A stretch of 64,000 bases of DNA from positions 25,791,360 through 25,855,359 of the forward strand of contig NC_043019.1 of assembly GCF_006345805.1 (NCBI RefSeq), written 5' to 3'. Positions 15,388 through 26,597 of the stretch are shown in pieces. The stretch comes from Octopus sinensis (lineage: Eukaryota). Below the pieces are notes generated by a model. The model was not told where the DNA came from and did not search any database. It saw only the letters and a program-made list of their open reading frames with translations. The first letter of the stretch is position 1; the number at the start of each line of letters is the position of its first letter. The translations under genes and the position numbers were made by a program.

Positions 15388-15390
<3 letters not shown>
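15212..15390 (-). mobile_element. Short Penelope-like terminal-repeat unit carrying a minimal hammerhead
   Basis: Pyrimidine-rich unit with the hammerhead core; shares blocks (GGCGA.TTTT, CTGAG.GTC, AATA.CAC) with 15010-15200. Confidence 0.6.
15303..15335 (-). ncRNA. Minimal type I hammerhead ribozyme motif (Penelope-type)
   Basis: Minus strand UUU-CUGACGA-A-GAGC(UCC)GCUC-GAA-ACGU-U^AAA: intact core, 4-bp stem II, palindromic AACGUU helix III, 3-bp stem I. Confidence 0.7.
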
Positions 15391-15457
<67 letters not shown>

Positions 15458-15524
15458 CATGTATACATACATATGTATGTATGTATACATGTATGTATGT
15501 ATGTATACATAGTGGTTATAGTGG

Positions 15525-15790
15525 TACTCTGCCTGTTACGACGACGAGGGTTCCAGTTGATTCGATCAATAGAACAGCCTTCTCCTAAAACTAATGTTCA
15601 CATGACTGAGCGCTCCACAGACACGCGTACCTTTAACGTAGTCTTCAGGAAAATTCAGCGTGGCACAGAATGTGGCAAGGCGGGCCCATTGAATTACAGG
15701 TACAACTTAATTTTACCAGCTGAGTGAACTCCAGCAACGTGAAACAAAGTGTCTTGCTCAAGGACACAAGGGTCTGCCGGGAATCGAACT
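15525..15790 (-). mobile_element. SINE, family C-related body with CORE-like head remnant
   Basis: Shares CTCCACAGACACGCGTACC.TTAACGTAGT and AAGTGTCTTGCTCAAGGACAC with other copies. Confidence 0.75.
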
Positions 15791-16004
15791 CATGTCCCTA
15801 CTTTCATTGCCTTATAGTTGTTTCTGCTATAAGATGTCGCACATTAACATAGCTCTCAGTGCAATGCATTTTACAGTATACATAATAGTAAGCTGATGAA
15901 AGTGATTACGTAATTCTGCTCTTTTGGCCGTCATTAAATGACTTTATGCCCTGTACACCCTTGACGCTTTACTCTAAAGCATAATTATAGAAAACTATAG
16001 AAAA

Positions 16005-16200
16005 GGTTGCAACACGCAACGAAAATTTTAGGACAATAAAAAATAAGAAATAAGTGGAAATTTTACCGGTGAGTGTGTTAAATTATAGGGCACACAAAGA
16101 AAATGACTCTCCCCAGACACAACAGAATATGCTTCAACACACGAACTCATATAAAGAATCTTACAAACCAAATCCAAAAACGAAATATAATTATTGAAGT
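16005..16200 (+). repeat. Dispersed unclassified repeat (family E); inverted copy at 44255-44455
   Basis: AATGACTCTCCC.AGACACAACAGAATATGCTTCAACAC...CAAACCAAATCCAAAAACGAAAT occurs here and as the reverse complement at 44255-44455. Confidence 0.8.
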
Positions 16201-17087
16201 CATCTGGCAAGACGGAACAATCATCGTGTATATATGTAGGCAGAATATGATCAAATGGTTAGGAAATTCGCTTCGCAAGGTCTCGAGTTCGACCTCATTA
16301 CGCAGCATATTGAGCAAGTGTCATTCCCAATAGCCTCGAGTCGGCTCAAGTCCTGTGAGTGAAATATAATATACGGAAACTATATAGAACCCTATCTGCT
16401 GGATTATACCTTTTTATCAAAGGACCAACTTTACATCACACTCAATGATGTTGGTATCACCTGAGAATTACAATAACGGCACCTGTGTCTGCGGAATACC
16501 AAAACACTCTAATTCAATGAACCTGGCAGCTCTGTTGACCAAACAGCGAAATATCACAACTAGCCATTTTTAACTGAGATACCTGTATTTCTGTATATAC
16601 CTATATGTAAGTGTAAACACGATTTCCTCTAATCGCGGACACCATTTAAGGTTGCCGGCACAATTAATTCACTGTATTCATCCATTCTACTATTTCATTA
16701 TTCTTTCATTCTTGTTCTGTTATCGTCCAGCAAGGTGGTATTGTGGCAGTAGGCTATAGTATGTATATTGAACATCGACTGAACAGCAGTGTGAAGAATG
16801 TGTTAATAGCGAACTTGACTTCTGTATGTCAACACTACGAAAGAAGCTTCAACAGTGCATCGGGGATCGCTCGGCATACACAGGTAGATGGCTGATCATA
16901 TAAACAGCGGTGCCTGAACGTAAATATACCTATACGCATGAAAATATACAACACACACATATAAGCATGTATGTGTGTATATGGCTATATATATATATAA
17001 CTAATATATACACATATATATGTATGTATATATGTATACAATTATATATATATATACATGCACATAGACATCCTCACGTATATTTAC

Positions 17088-17123
<36 letters not shown>

Positions 17124-17764
17124 GCAAACAGACACACACATATTCATATGTCTGTATTCACACGTGTATATCTGTGAGTGTATGCGTGCATGTATATGCT
17201 TGTTTGTTATTTATAAATACATGCAAACTTCTATCTATGTATAAATGCTAACATCCATGAACACTAGTATGTATATAAGCATGCATGTATATATGTGTGT
17301 GTATGCGTGAGAGAAAGAGTGTGTGTGCTCACACACACTCACATACACTCTCTCTCTCACTCCCTCCTTTTCTCTCTCTCTCTCTCTCTTTCTCGCACGC
17401 GCACACCTATTTTCAAATAACATTTCTAGGTCGATCTATAATTCGCCGAACTATACATATATAAATATTTAAAATGTTTATTTTGCCAGAGTCAACACAC
17501 TGCGGCTATACAAAACATTTCAAATAGAACACGACAGCTATAGACATGCATTCATATATGTACATATGTATGTATGCGTGTAGATATTTATATATATGTG
17601 TTTGTGTGTGTGTGTGTTTACGTGTATGTATATATATATATATATATATAATACACTCAGAAATATATATATATATATATATATATACATACATACATAT
17701 ACATATATATTTTTTAGATGCATATACACATATTTATATATATACATATATATGCATATATATA

Positions 17765-17811
<47 letters not shown>

Positions 17812-19485
17812 TAAATGTATATATATTTATATGCATATATATATATACATACATATATCCATGAACACACACATACACACACACACACACATATATATAC
17901 ATATATATATTTATGTGTGTTTGTGTGTGTGTGTGTATAGATGCTTTTTGTGGTGATTCCTGCTTCCCGCCGTCTGTGTTTTTATTTGAGAACTGGATGA
18001 ACATCAAAAGCTGTCCTCCATTCTTCGTTTGAATATTTTGTTTACATTTTACCGTTTTTCTTTACGCTTGCTATTTTTTATTGTTTTTTATTTTTTTTTT
18101 TTTAGAAAGGGTTCTTTGCAATAACGTTCGACGGTTTTACAAAGCGGAAATCTACGACCATTCAATAAATACCTGCGGTGATAGGTTATTAAAAAAGTCT
18201 TACATTACCATTTCTAATGATTAAACAAAAGGATAAATACACAGTCAGAAACGATTAAATAAAACTGCAGCCGACATTAGTTCAACAAACCCTACACTCC
18301 ACATCGTTTCAACATATCAATGGTCTCTAGCAACGGTTAAACAAAAGATGAACCCACAGCAGTCAGTAGCAAAATAGTATACGGCATTTAAATGTTTCTA
18401 GGGAATGAAGGTTTCGAAGAAATCTACGGTTTGAAATGTGGAACGTATTTTTAAAACCTATATAACCTCGGTCACTGTGACACAGTAAAACGTTTTGTGA
18501 TTTCCTGAAGTCACAAACAGACAATCAGTCATTCATTTTCTTTTTATATTCCTATCATTTACATCATTGCACGAGATGACGACAGACGGCAGTTGTACCG
18601 CACAAGTCATGCAAGGCCCACGGTAGAGAGCTGCTTGGTACATACACGAGGATGTTCTGCTGCTGCTGCTGACGGTGATGATGTTATTGTTGTGGCTACT
18701 GCTGGTACTGCTGCTACTTCTGCTGCTGTTACTGCTGCTGCTGCTGCTGCCGTGGCTGCACATACATGCATCATTGAGTGACTCTAAATGATGGACAATC
18801 GATTGATCGTCAATGATTCATTCACCTATTTGCTACAACCAATCGCTCATCGCCACGCCGTTTCCTGTCATCCTCTCTTCTGCCATTATGGCCACGGCCA
18901 TTGGCCACTGACCACTGGTCACTCATCACCGCTCGTTGTACTTCTGAACTCGAACTCGTGATCTATATAACCATGTCGCTTGCGTCTATCCAAGCCAAAC
19001 GACGATTCTCTCTTCTACTCGTCACCCTTACGGTTTCTGATATCCCTCCCAGTAGAAGCTCCGGACATTTCCCCTGTTCCATCAACTCCAACACAGAGTA
19101 GGTGGAAGCAAAGCTGTGCAGTAAGAAGTTTGCTTCCCAACCACTTTGTTCCGGGTTCAATCTCATTGTGAGGCCACATGGGCAACGGTATTCTATTGAT
19201 CTGGTAATCGGTAACTGAAAGAAGCCCGTTGTATTTGTATGTGTAAATATATATATATTATATATAAATATATATTATATATATAAAAATTCAGGGTGAA
19301 TACTTGATAACTGCAAGCACCTTGTATATGCCAGTTTAGTGGTTGTAGATGATAGGGTATATTAATCAAAAGAAAAACAGATGCAAAGATTTACATACAT
19401 ATTACATCAATTATGCATTGATTATAATCCTGTCTAATAAAGCCAAACATATGTACCGCTAAATCCTTTGCATCTGTTTTTCTTT

Positions 19486-19530
<45 letters not shown>

Positions 19531-19626
19531 ATGTATGTGTGTGTGCGTGTATTATTATATATGTGTTTGTGTGTGTGTTTTTTATGTATATATATATCTA
19601 TATGTGTGTGTGTGTGTGTGTGTATG

Positions 19627-19661
<35 letters not shown>

Positions 19662-19824
19662 ATATATATATATATGTATCTATATATACATATTCTATAT
19701 AAATTCCCTACTGGGAAGGACCAACTTTAAGAGAATCTTACATTGCTTATAAACTTTGCATTTGGATGGACTCATATTAAACTCTGTTGGACTTTTGGAT
19801 TTTACTCAAAGGATATTGTATGAA

Positions 19825-20200
19825 GAATGGCTGTGTGGTAAGAAGTTTGCCACCCAACCACATGGTTGCAGGTTCAGTCCCACTGCGTGGCACTTTGGGC
19901 AAGTGTCTTCTACAATAGCCATGGGTCCAGCAAAGCGTTGTGAGTGGAATTGGTAGTACACGGAAACTGAAAGAAACCCATCGTACACGTGTGTGTCTGT
20001 CTGTCTGTCTGTGCCACAACCGGTGCTGGTATGATTACGTCCACGTAACTTAGAGGTTCGGCAAAGAAGACTGATAGAAAAAGTGCCAGACTTACAAAAA
20101 CATAGTAAGCACTGGGATCGATTCCTTCAACTCAAAATTCGTCAAGGCAGTGCCCCAGCATGGCCGCTGTGAAATGAATGAAACGAGTAAAATATAAAAG
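19825..20200 (+). mobile_element. tRNA/CORE-type SINE, family A
   Basis: TGGCTGTGTGGTAAG A box, GGTTCAGTCCC B box, TTGGGCAAGTGTCTT CORE-like block, 3' GCCCCAGCATGGCCGC tail. Confidence 0.85.
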
Positions 20201-20203
20201 CTA

Positions 20204-20303
20204 NNNNNNNNNNNNNNNNNNNNNNNNNNNNNNNNNNNNNNNNNNNNNNNNNNNNNNNNNNNNNNNNNNNNNNNNNNNNNNNNNNNNNNNNNNNNNNNNN
20301 NNN
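20204..20303. other. Assembly gap (100 N)
   Basis: Run of n; contiguity across it is not guaranteed. Confidence 1.
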
Positions 20304-20535
20304 GCCCGAAGGTCAAGGTGTTTCTTGAAAGCATCCACCCTGACTCCATGTAACTGTCTCAGATATTTTGGTAAAGTATTAAATCGCTGTGGGGCCTTCG
20401 AATCCCACACTATTGCAGCAGTTGGTCCTCACACTAGAAAGAAAGGCTGGGACCTTTGGAACAGTGAAGTGACGTCCAGTTCGGGGGCTGGTATGGGCAA
20501 AGATTGGTGCCAACTCCTCTAGGCTCTTGAGTACG
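20304..20535 (-). mobile_element. CR1/L2-group LINE 3' fragment
   Basis: Minus translation ...PQRFNTLPKYLRQLHGVRVDAFKKHLDL, typical of the CR1/L2-like C-terminus; truncated by the gap. Confidence 0.7.
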
Positions 20536-20672
20536 TATATCACTGTATATCTTCCCCGTCCTCAGTCCATATTTGTGTGAGTGTGTGTCTATATGTGGCA
20601 CGCGCACGCATATCTATGTATACATACATACATACACAAATACATACATACATACATACATACATACATACA

Positions 20673-20704
<32 letters not shown>

Positions 20705-20705
<1 letters not shown>

Positions 20706-20938
20706 GTTTCTTTACTACCCACAAGGGGCTAAACACAGAGAGGGCAAACAAGGACAGACAAACGAATTACGTCGATTACATCGACACCAGTGCGTAACTG
20801 GTACTTAATTTATCGACCCCGAAAGGATGAAAGGCAAAGTCGACCTCGGCGGAATTTGAACTCAGAACGTAACGGCAGACGAAATACAGCTACGCATTTC
20901 ACCCGGCGTGCTAACGGTTCTGCCAGCTCGCCGCCTTA
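20705..20938 (-). mobile_element. SINE family B, full length
   Basis: Near-identical to 14633-14864. Confidence 0.9.
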
Positions 20939-21177
20939 TACGTACATACATATAGCTGGCCGAAAGTTCGAAGTCACAATCAGTACTATCCTTGTTCAAT
21001 AATGATAAACGGGAAATTTTTTTTATTAAAACTGAACATAAAAACAAACATGTGTGTACATGTGTGTGTGTGTGTGTGTGTGTGTGCATGTGTGCATGCG
21101 TGTGTGTGTGTGTGTGTGTGTGTGTAGGAGACGAAAGTTATATAAAACTTGTATGTATATGTATCTGTATGTGCGTG

Positions 21178-21547
21178 AGAAGCTTGAGAGGCGGTTGGAT
21201 GGAACCTACACTCGCCTCCTTATGAGAGCTCAAAATCTCTCGTGGAAGCGCCATCCAACCAAAATGCAAATATATGGGAAACTACACCTGTGTCATCTCT
21301 TGTGAAAGGTAGGAGAGTCCAGTTTGCTGGACATTGTTGTAGAGCTGAAAAAGAAGTCATTTCTACTCTTCTCCTCTGGAAGCCATCTACTCGCAATACC
21401 AGAGGCGCACACTCTCCTACCATGATTAATCTCCAGGGATACAGACATCCAGCAACAGGACCTCCGTAATGCCATGATGGCCGTGAAGTCTGGCGTAGCA
21501 TGGTAAATTCCATTGTCTCGACCACGGTCGAACAATGATGATGATGA
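21178..21547 (+). mobile_element. 5'-truncated RTE-clade LINE with (GAT)n tail and 12-bp TSD
   Basis: KLERRLDGTYTRLLMRAQNLSWKRHPTK...VKGRRVQFAGHCCRAEKEVISTLLLWKP; TSD TGTATGTGCGTG at 21166-21177 and 21548-21559. Confidence 0.9.
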
Positions 21548-22620
21548 TGTATGTGCGTGTGGTGGGGGAGAGAATATTTCGGAAAAATATATAATTCTTG
21601 CCCGTTGTTGCTGTCATTTTTGCTCTTGTCAAACCCGTTGTCTCTTATTTTTCCCTCACATTTTCTCTCGAAAAATTAGTTATTTTCGTTGTTTTTGCTT
21701 TCTTTTTTCTTTTTTGTCATTTATTTCTCGTGAGTACGTTAACATTTTTTTTTGTTTGTTTTTCTACATTATTTTTTTAATGTTGTTGCTTTGATTTCTT
21801 CTTTTGGGAGACGGAGATATTATTTTTTGCCTAAAGTTCAAGTTAAATCAAATGACAATATTTTTTTTTTCTTAAATACAACCTTCTTGCCTAATTCCTG
21901 TAAATGGTAGACATTTCAAAATTTTCAATAACAACATTTGCCAGAAAAAATATCCAAATTGATTTTTTTTTTTTTTTTTTCCTGATCAAACGTAAAAAAA
22001 CATTGAACATGCTCAGAGCAAAATTTTACTTAGTCTGAGCAACGACAACACCAGCCGAAAATAATAATCATTTCTTTATTCTGACAGCAATTTCGTGGTA
22101 GGAGATTACAATAATTCCAGGAAGAACGAAAGGTAAAGTCGACTTCGACGGAATTTGAACTCAGAACGTAAAGACGAATGAAATGCTGTGAATCATTTAG
22201 CCCAGCGTGCTAACGATTCTGCCAGTTGGCCATAATAATGACAATAATGATAATAATGATAGTTATTATCAGCTATTTATATTTCCTACAGACAATAATA
22301 ACAATAACAATATCTATATAAATATTCACTTCTGAATATTTTACTCCTTATATATATAATATTTTTTTTTACTCTCTCCATTTTTTTTTACCTCTCATCC
22401 CTTCCGTAGACTCGAAACATCAAAGACTTTCCATTCTTCCCGAGCGTCAAACTAATACACCTGCTTGTTGTTCATACACTTGTCTTCGTCTCTTGGTTTC
22501 TGTTCATTTGAAATATATGTGTGTATGTGTGTATGTGTGTGTGTGTGTATAGTACATACATATGGGTGAGTGTATATATGTGTGTGTGCGTATGTGTGTA
22601 TGAGCGCGTGTGTGTGTATA

Positions 22621-23017
22621 CTCTTTACTCTCTTTTACGTGTTTCAGTCATTTGACTGCGGCCATGCTGGAGCACCGCCTTTAGTCGAGCAAATCGACCC
22701 CGGAACTTATTCTTTGTAAGCCCCGTACTTATTCTATCGGTCTCCTTTGCCGAACCGCTAAGTGACGGGGACTTAAACACACCAGCATCGGTTGTCATGC
22801 AATGCTAGGGGGACAAACACACACACACACACATATATATATATACATATATACGACAGGCTTATTTCAGTTTCCGTCTACCAAATCCACTCACAAGGCA
22901 TTGGTCGGCCCGGGGCTATAGCAGAAGACACTTGCCCAAGATGCCACGCAGTGGGACTAAACCCGGAACCATGTGGTTGGTTAGCAAGCTACTTACCACA
23001 CAGCCACTCCTACGCCT
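22621..23017 (-). mobile_element. SINE family A, full length
   Basis: Reverse complement of the 33833 and 57085 copies, with an internal CA/TA tract. Confidence 0.9.
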
Positions 23018-23169
23018 ATGTGTATATTAACTACATGTATTTTAACATAGTGCGGTAAAGTGCTCCCGTGATGATCTATATATATCAAGTATCCATGCAC
23101 TTGGAACAGCCAGCAATATCGTGGTTCTAAACAATCAGAATGTCGAAACGTACCTCGGGAACTAATGAT

Positions 23170-23375
23170 ATGAACTGATGACATCATGCTCGGAATGGTC
23201 AGTGGCAAGAGAGGAAGAGGCCGACCAAGAACCCGCTGGCTTGACACCATCAGGAGTGATACCGGAATGGACATGGCCAGTCTGAAGGAGGCGGCCCAGG
23301 ATAGAACTGACTGGAGGACACTGATCCAAAGAGTGACCGAGAGTCGACATCGACTGAGCGGTTAGAGAGAGAGAT
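23170..23375 (+). mobile_element. RTE/BovB-like LINE 3' end
   Basis: DDIMLGMVSGKRGRGRPRTRWLDTIRSDTGMDMASLKEAAQDRTDWRTLIQRVTESRHRLSG* followed by a short (AG)n; classic RTE C-terminus. Confidence 0.9.
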
Positions 23376-23428
23376 GTCGATTGCAATTTCTCATACATAT
23401 ATAAGGGTGTGTGTGTGAGAGAGAGAAA

Positions 23429-23493
<65 letters not shown>

Positions 23494-23503
23494 TGTGTGT
23501 GTG

Positions 23504-23534
<31 letters not shown>

Positions 23535-24507
23535 CCTCGAAATCGGATGAATGATGCGACTGATAGGTCAGATTCAGTGAAATTGGGAATCGGAAACCTA
23601 AAGAGGAACATTATAACCAAATAATTGAATTGAAATTTATACAACGAACAGGAAACAGTTAAACGAATTGCTACGCATAATCCACCTGATACACGACTCA
23701 AAATGAGAAATGAGGCAGAACACGTGATCCACGATACATGATGTTCGAGATCTCGTTGCTGCTTGCTTTTTTTTGTTTTGCATTTTTGTTGTTGTTTGTT
23801 TGTGTTTTTTTTTTTCATTTTTTTCTCTTTTTGTGTTATTACGCCGCCCCTCCACTCTTGATCATTCGGAATAATGGAAATACTGTCTTATTTCGCACGG
23901 AGATTTCAATCCTTAATCTTCTAATCCCATAATAGCGAAGGAGCTGAAGAGTATCATAAAAGAGTCCAGTGTTTGAACACGTTGGCACTGTCTACGGTTC
24001 CAACCAGACAGCTGATCATAAAATACAAGCTCTAGGATTGAAATGGGATTAATCCAAATCCTGCCTCTAAATCCAAAAGATTACCAGTCACATTAGCTTT
24101 TGATTCCTAATACCTTCCCCTCATTCTCTCTCTCACTCACAGTTTTTCTCTCAATCTATATCTATATCTCTCACTCTCTCCTTCTTTCCCTCTGCCTTTC
24201 TATCTCTCTATCTTTTTTCTATTTATCTATCTTACTTTTCCTTAATTTTTCTATCAATATCACTTTTTCTTTTCTGTTTGAATAATAATAATAATAATAC
24301 TCTCTCTCTCTCTTTATCTCTCTCTCTCTCTCCTCTCTCTCTCTCTTGCCGTCCATGTCTACGGATTTCCTTTTATCACTTCAAGCCCTCATGCTCTTCT
24401 ACTTGGCTACACAAGCAAACTTGTGAATACAATACGCTTTCACACAGATACTTATTGATAAACATGCAGATGCAGATACACAAACACACACATTACAGTG
24501 TATTATA

Positions 24508-24559
<52 letters not shown>

Positions 24560-24567
<8 letters not shown>

Positions 24568-25137
24568 ATAGAGGGCATTATTACACATAAATGCCACACG
24601 CTAGGAGGGACTTTCAAAGTCATTACTACCAAAATTAAACGATCGTACCGAATACAGCTCTCGAAGCAAGACATTTAAAAAACAGAATTTAGTTCCAGAT
24701 CACTTGTGATTTCGCAATTAACGTATTATCTACGTCTTTTGTTCATCAGTGAAACATATTCAGAACATATCAAAAATAAACAAAACCAACATACCTAGCG
24801 GAACCAAACAGACAACTGTCGCCTCCATCGTAGCACATGGAAATGTTCATTCATCATATATTCATGTAAATGGCGGGCTTTTTCGAACTGCATTTCGGTG
24901 AGAAACGTGCTTCTTCGGAACAAATTAAATAATTAAGGATAAAATCGTAAAAAAAAATCTTAACAAGAAATCATCAGGTAGTTAGCGTGAAAAACCTCAT
25001 AAGAGAAAAAATCTGAAAATTTTTTTCACTTGAAAATATTTGTTTATATTGTATAGAGGGCATTATTACACATAAATGCCACACGCTAGGAGGGACTTTC
25101 AAAGTCATTACTACCAAAATTAAACGAATCGTACCGA

Positions 25138-25142
<5 letters not shown>
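24560..25142 (-). mobile_element. Putative non-LTR retrozyme (485-bp monomer plus ~97-bp terminal redundancy, hammerhead inside)
   Basis: Direct repeats 24560-24656 and 25045-25142 are identical except one inserted A; non-coding interior with a type I hammerhead; (TA)n on both sides. Confidence 0.75.
24685..24761 (-). ncRNA. Type I hammerhead ribozyme (single A10.1-C11.1 mismatch)
   Basis: Minus strand GAAU-AU-GUUUCA-CUGAUGA-ACAA-AA-GACGUA(GAUAA)UACGUU-AA-UUGC-GAA-AUCA(CAAG)UGAU-C^UGGAAC-UAA-AUUC; all three stems pair; predicted cleavage after AUC, between 24698 and 24697. Confidence 0.85.
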
Positions 25143-25179
<37 letters not shown>

Positions 25180-25181
<2 letters not shown>

Positions 25182-25345
25182 TTGGAATTTACAAAAAATA
25201 AAACAAAAGACGAAGACCGGTGTGTAAACAGCCAACATATGTATTAGTGTAAGGCTTGGCAAGTGAGAAAGTTTTTTACGTTTCGAGCCTACGCTCGTCA
25301 ACACAAAGAAATAAGAGAAAATAAACAAAGAGAGAATAAAAAAAA
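25180..25345 (-). mobile_element. Penelope-like terminal-repeat unit with a decayed minimal hammerhead
   Basis: Minus strand TTGAC-GAGC-GTAG-GCTC-GAAACGTAAAA (25302-25274), then ACTTTCTCACTT...ACTAATACA...GTCTTCGTC, shared with the partial copy at ~22405-22500. Confidence 0.6.
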
Positions 25346-25487
25346 CTTGTGGATATATATAGCAATGTATGATGTTGCAAACAGTTGTTTTTATTAATTT
25401 TATATATATACACACACACACACACACATACACACACACACACACACACAGGTGGGGGAAGATTTAAAATTACGCAAAAAAGTTAAG

Positions 25488-25710
25488 TCGGCGAGCTGGT
25501 AGAGTCGTTAGCATGCTGGGCAAAATGCTTCGCAGTATTTCGTCCGTTGCTTTTACCTCCTGAGTTCAAATTCCACCCGGTCGACATCGCCTTTCATCCC
25601 TGTCGCTGTCGATAATATAAGTACCAGTTGAGCGCTGAGGTTGACATCATTGATTTGGCCCCGCCACCGAAATTGCTGGCCTTTAGGGCAAAATTTAAAA
25701 CCAGTACCGA
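25488..25710 (+). mobile_element. SINE family B variant with AAATTGCTGGCC...AAAATTT.AAACCA tail
   Basis: B-type head and central domain with a different 3' tail, also seen at 33105-33497 and 52605-52790. Confidence 0.75.
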
Positions 25711-25915
25711 ACTGAAAAATTTCTGAATATTTTTTTTAGAGGACATATATATGTTGGTCGCACGATCTACGGAGTCACTGTCGACACTCTTCCTGTAAAA
25801 CATAATAAAAATATGTATGTATATACATATAGATGTACATATATATACCTATATATACATATATTATATATATATATAATATTATATAAATAATAATAAT
25901 AATAATAATATAATA

Positions 25916-25946
<31 letters not shown>

Positions 25947-26597
25947 TATTATTATTATTATTATTATTTTATTATTATTTGAGGGAATATTATTCCTAAC
26001 TTACTGGGAAAAATTCAATTTAGAAAACTAAATGAAATTTCCCAATATATATATATATAAAAAATAGAAAAAAAACCTTTATCAATTCAAAATGAACAAT
26101 TAAATTACACCATCTAGAAAATGACATATAATAGAAATATTAAATATAAAATAACAATAATATACCGATGATTAAGTAAATTGCAAAATAATTATAAAAA
26201 CGTATATATTTGGTAGAATAACGACACGTGTTTCATGGCAATATTTAAGAAATGATTATAGTAAAAAAATTAATAGTAGTAGTAGTAAAATCACTTCGAT
26301 ATAAATATAGTCACTCATCATATAGCCATAACTATGTATATATATAACAAATTAATAAATAAAACATATGCATATATACATACATATATGTACGTACCTA
26401 CATCTATATGCATATATGTACGCATATATGGGTACAGGACACAAAAACAACGTCGAACACAATGAGAAACGAACACATAAACACAAAACCAACGAAATGG
26501 ACATTTTTCTTAAACGACGAAAAAACAGAGTACAAGACATACAACACAAGGAACATTCCCCTTCTTCAGCCGCCTCTGTTTCATCTACTCCGCGTTT

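Noticed and set aside
24893-24977. Second CUGAUGA...GAAA on the minus strand inside the retrozyme
   Set aside because: The 74-nt intervening segment does not close a stem II, and no helix III or stem I pairing could be built.
24565-25142. TRIM/LTR interpretation of the direct repeats (they can be read TGTAT...ATACA)
   Set aside because: No primer-binding site or polypurine tract is next to either repeat, the repeat extends 5' of the TG, no TSD is resolvable in the TA tract, and the internal type I hammerhead fits a non-LTR retrozyme better. It is kept only as an alternative.
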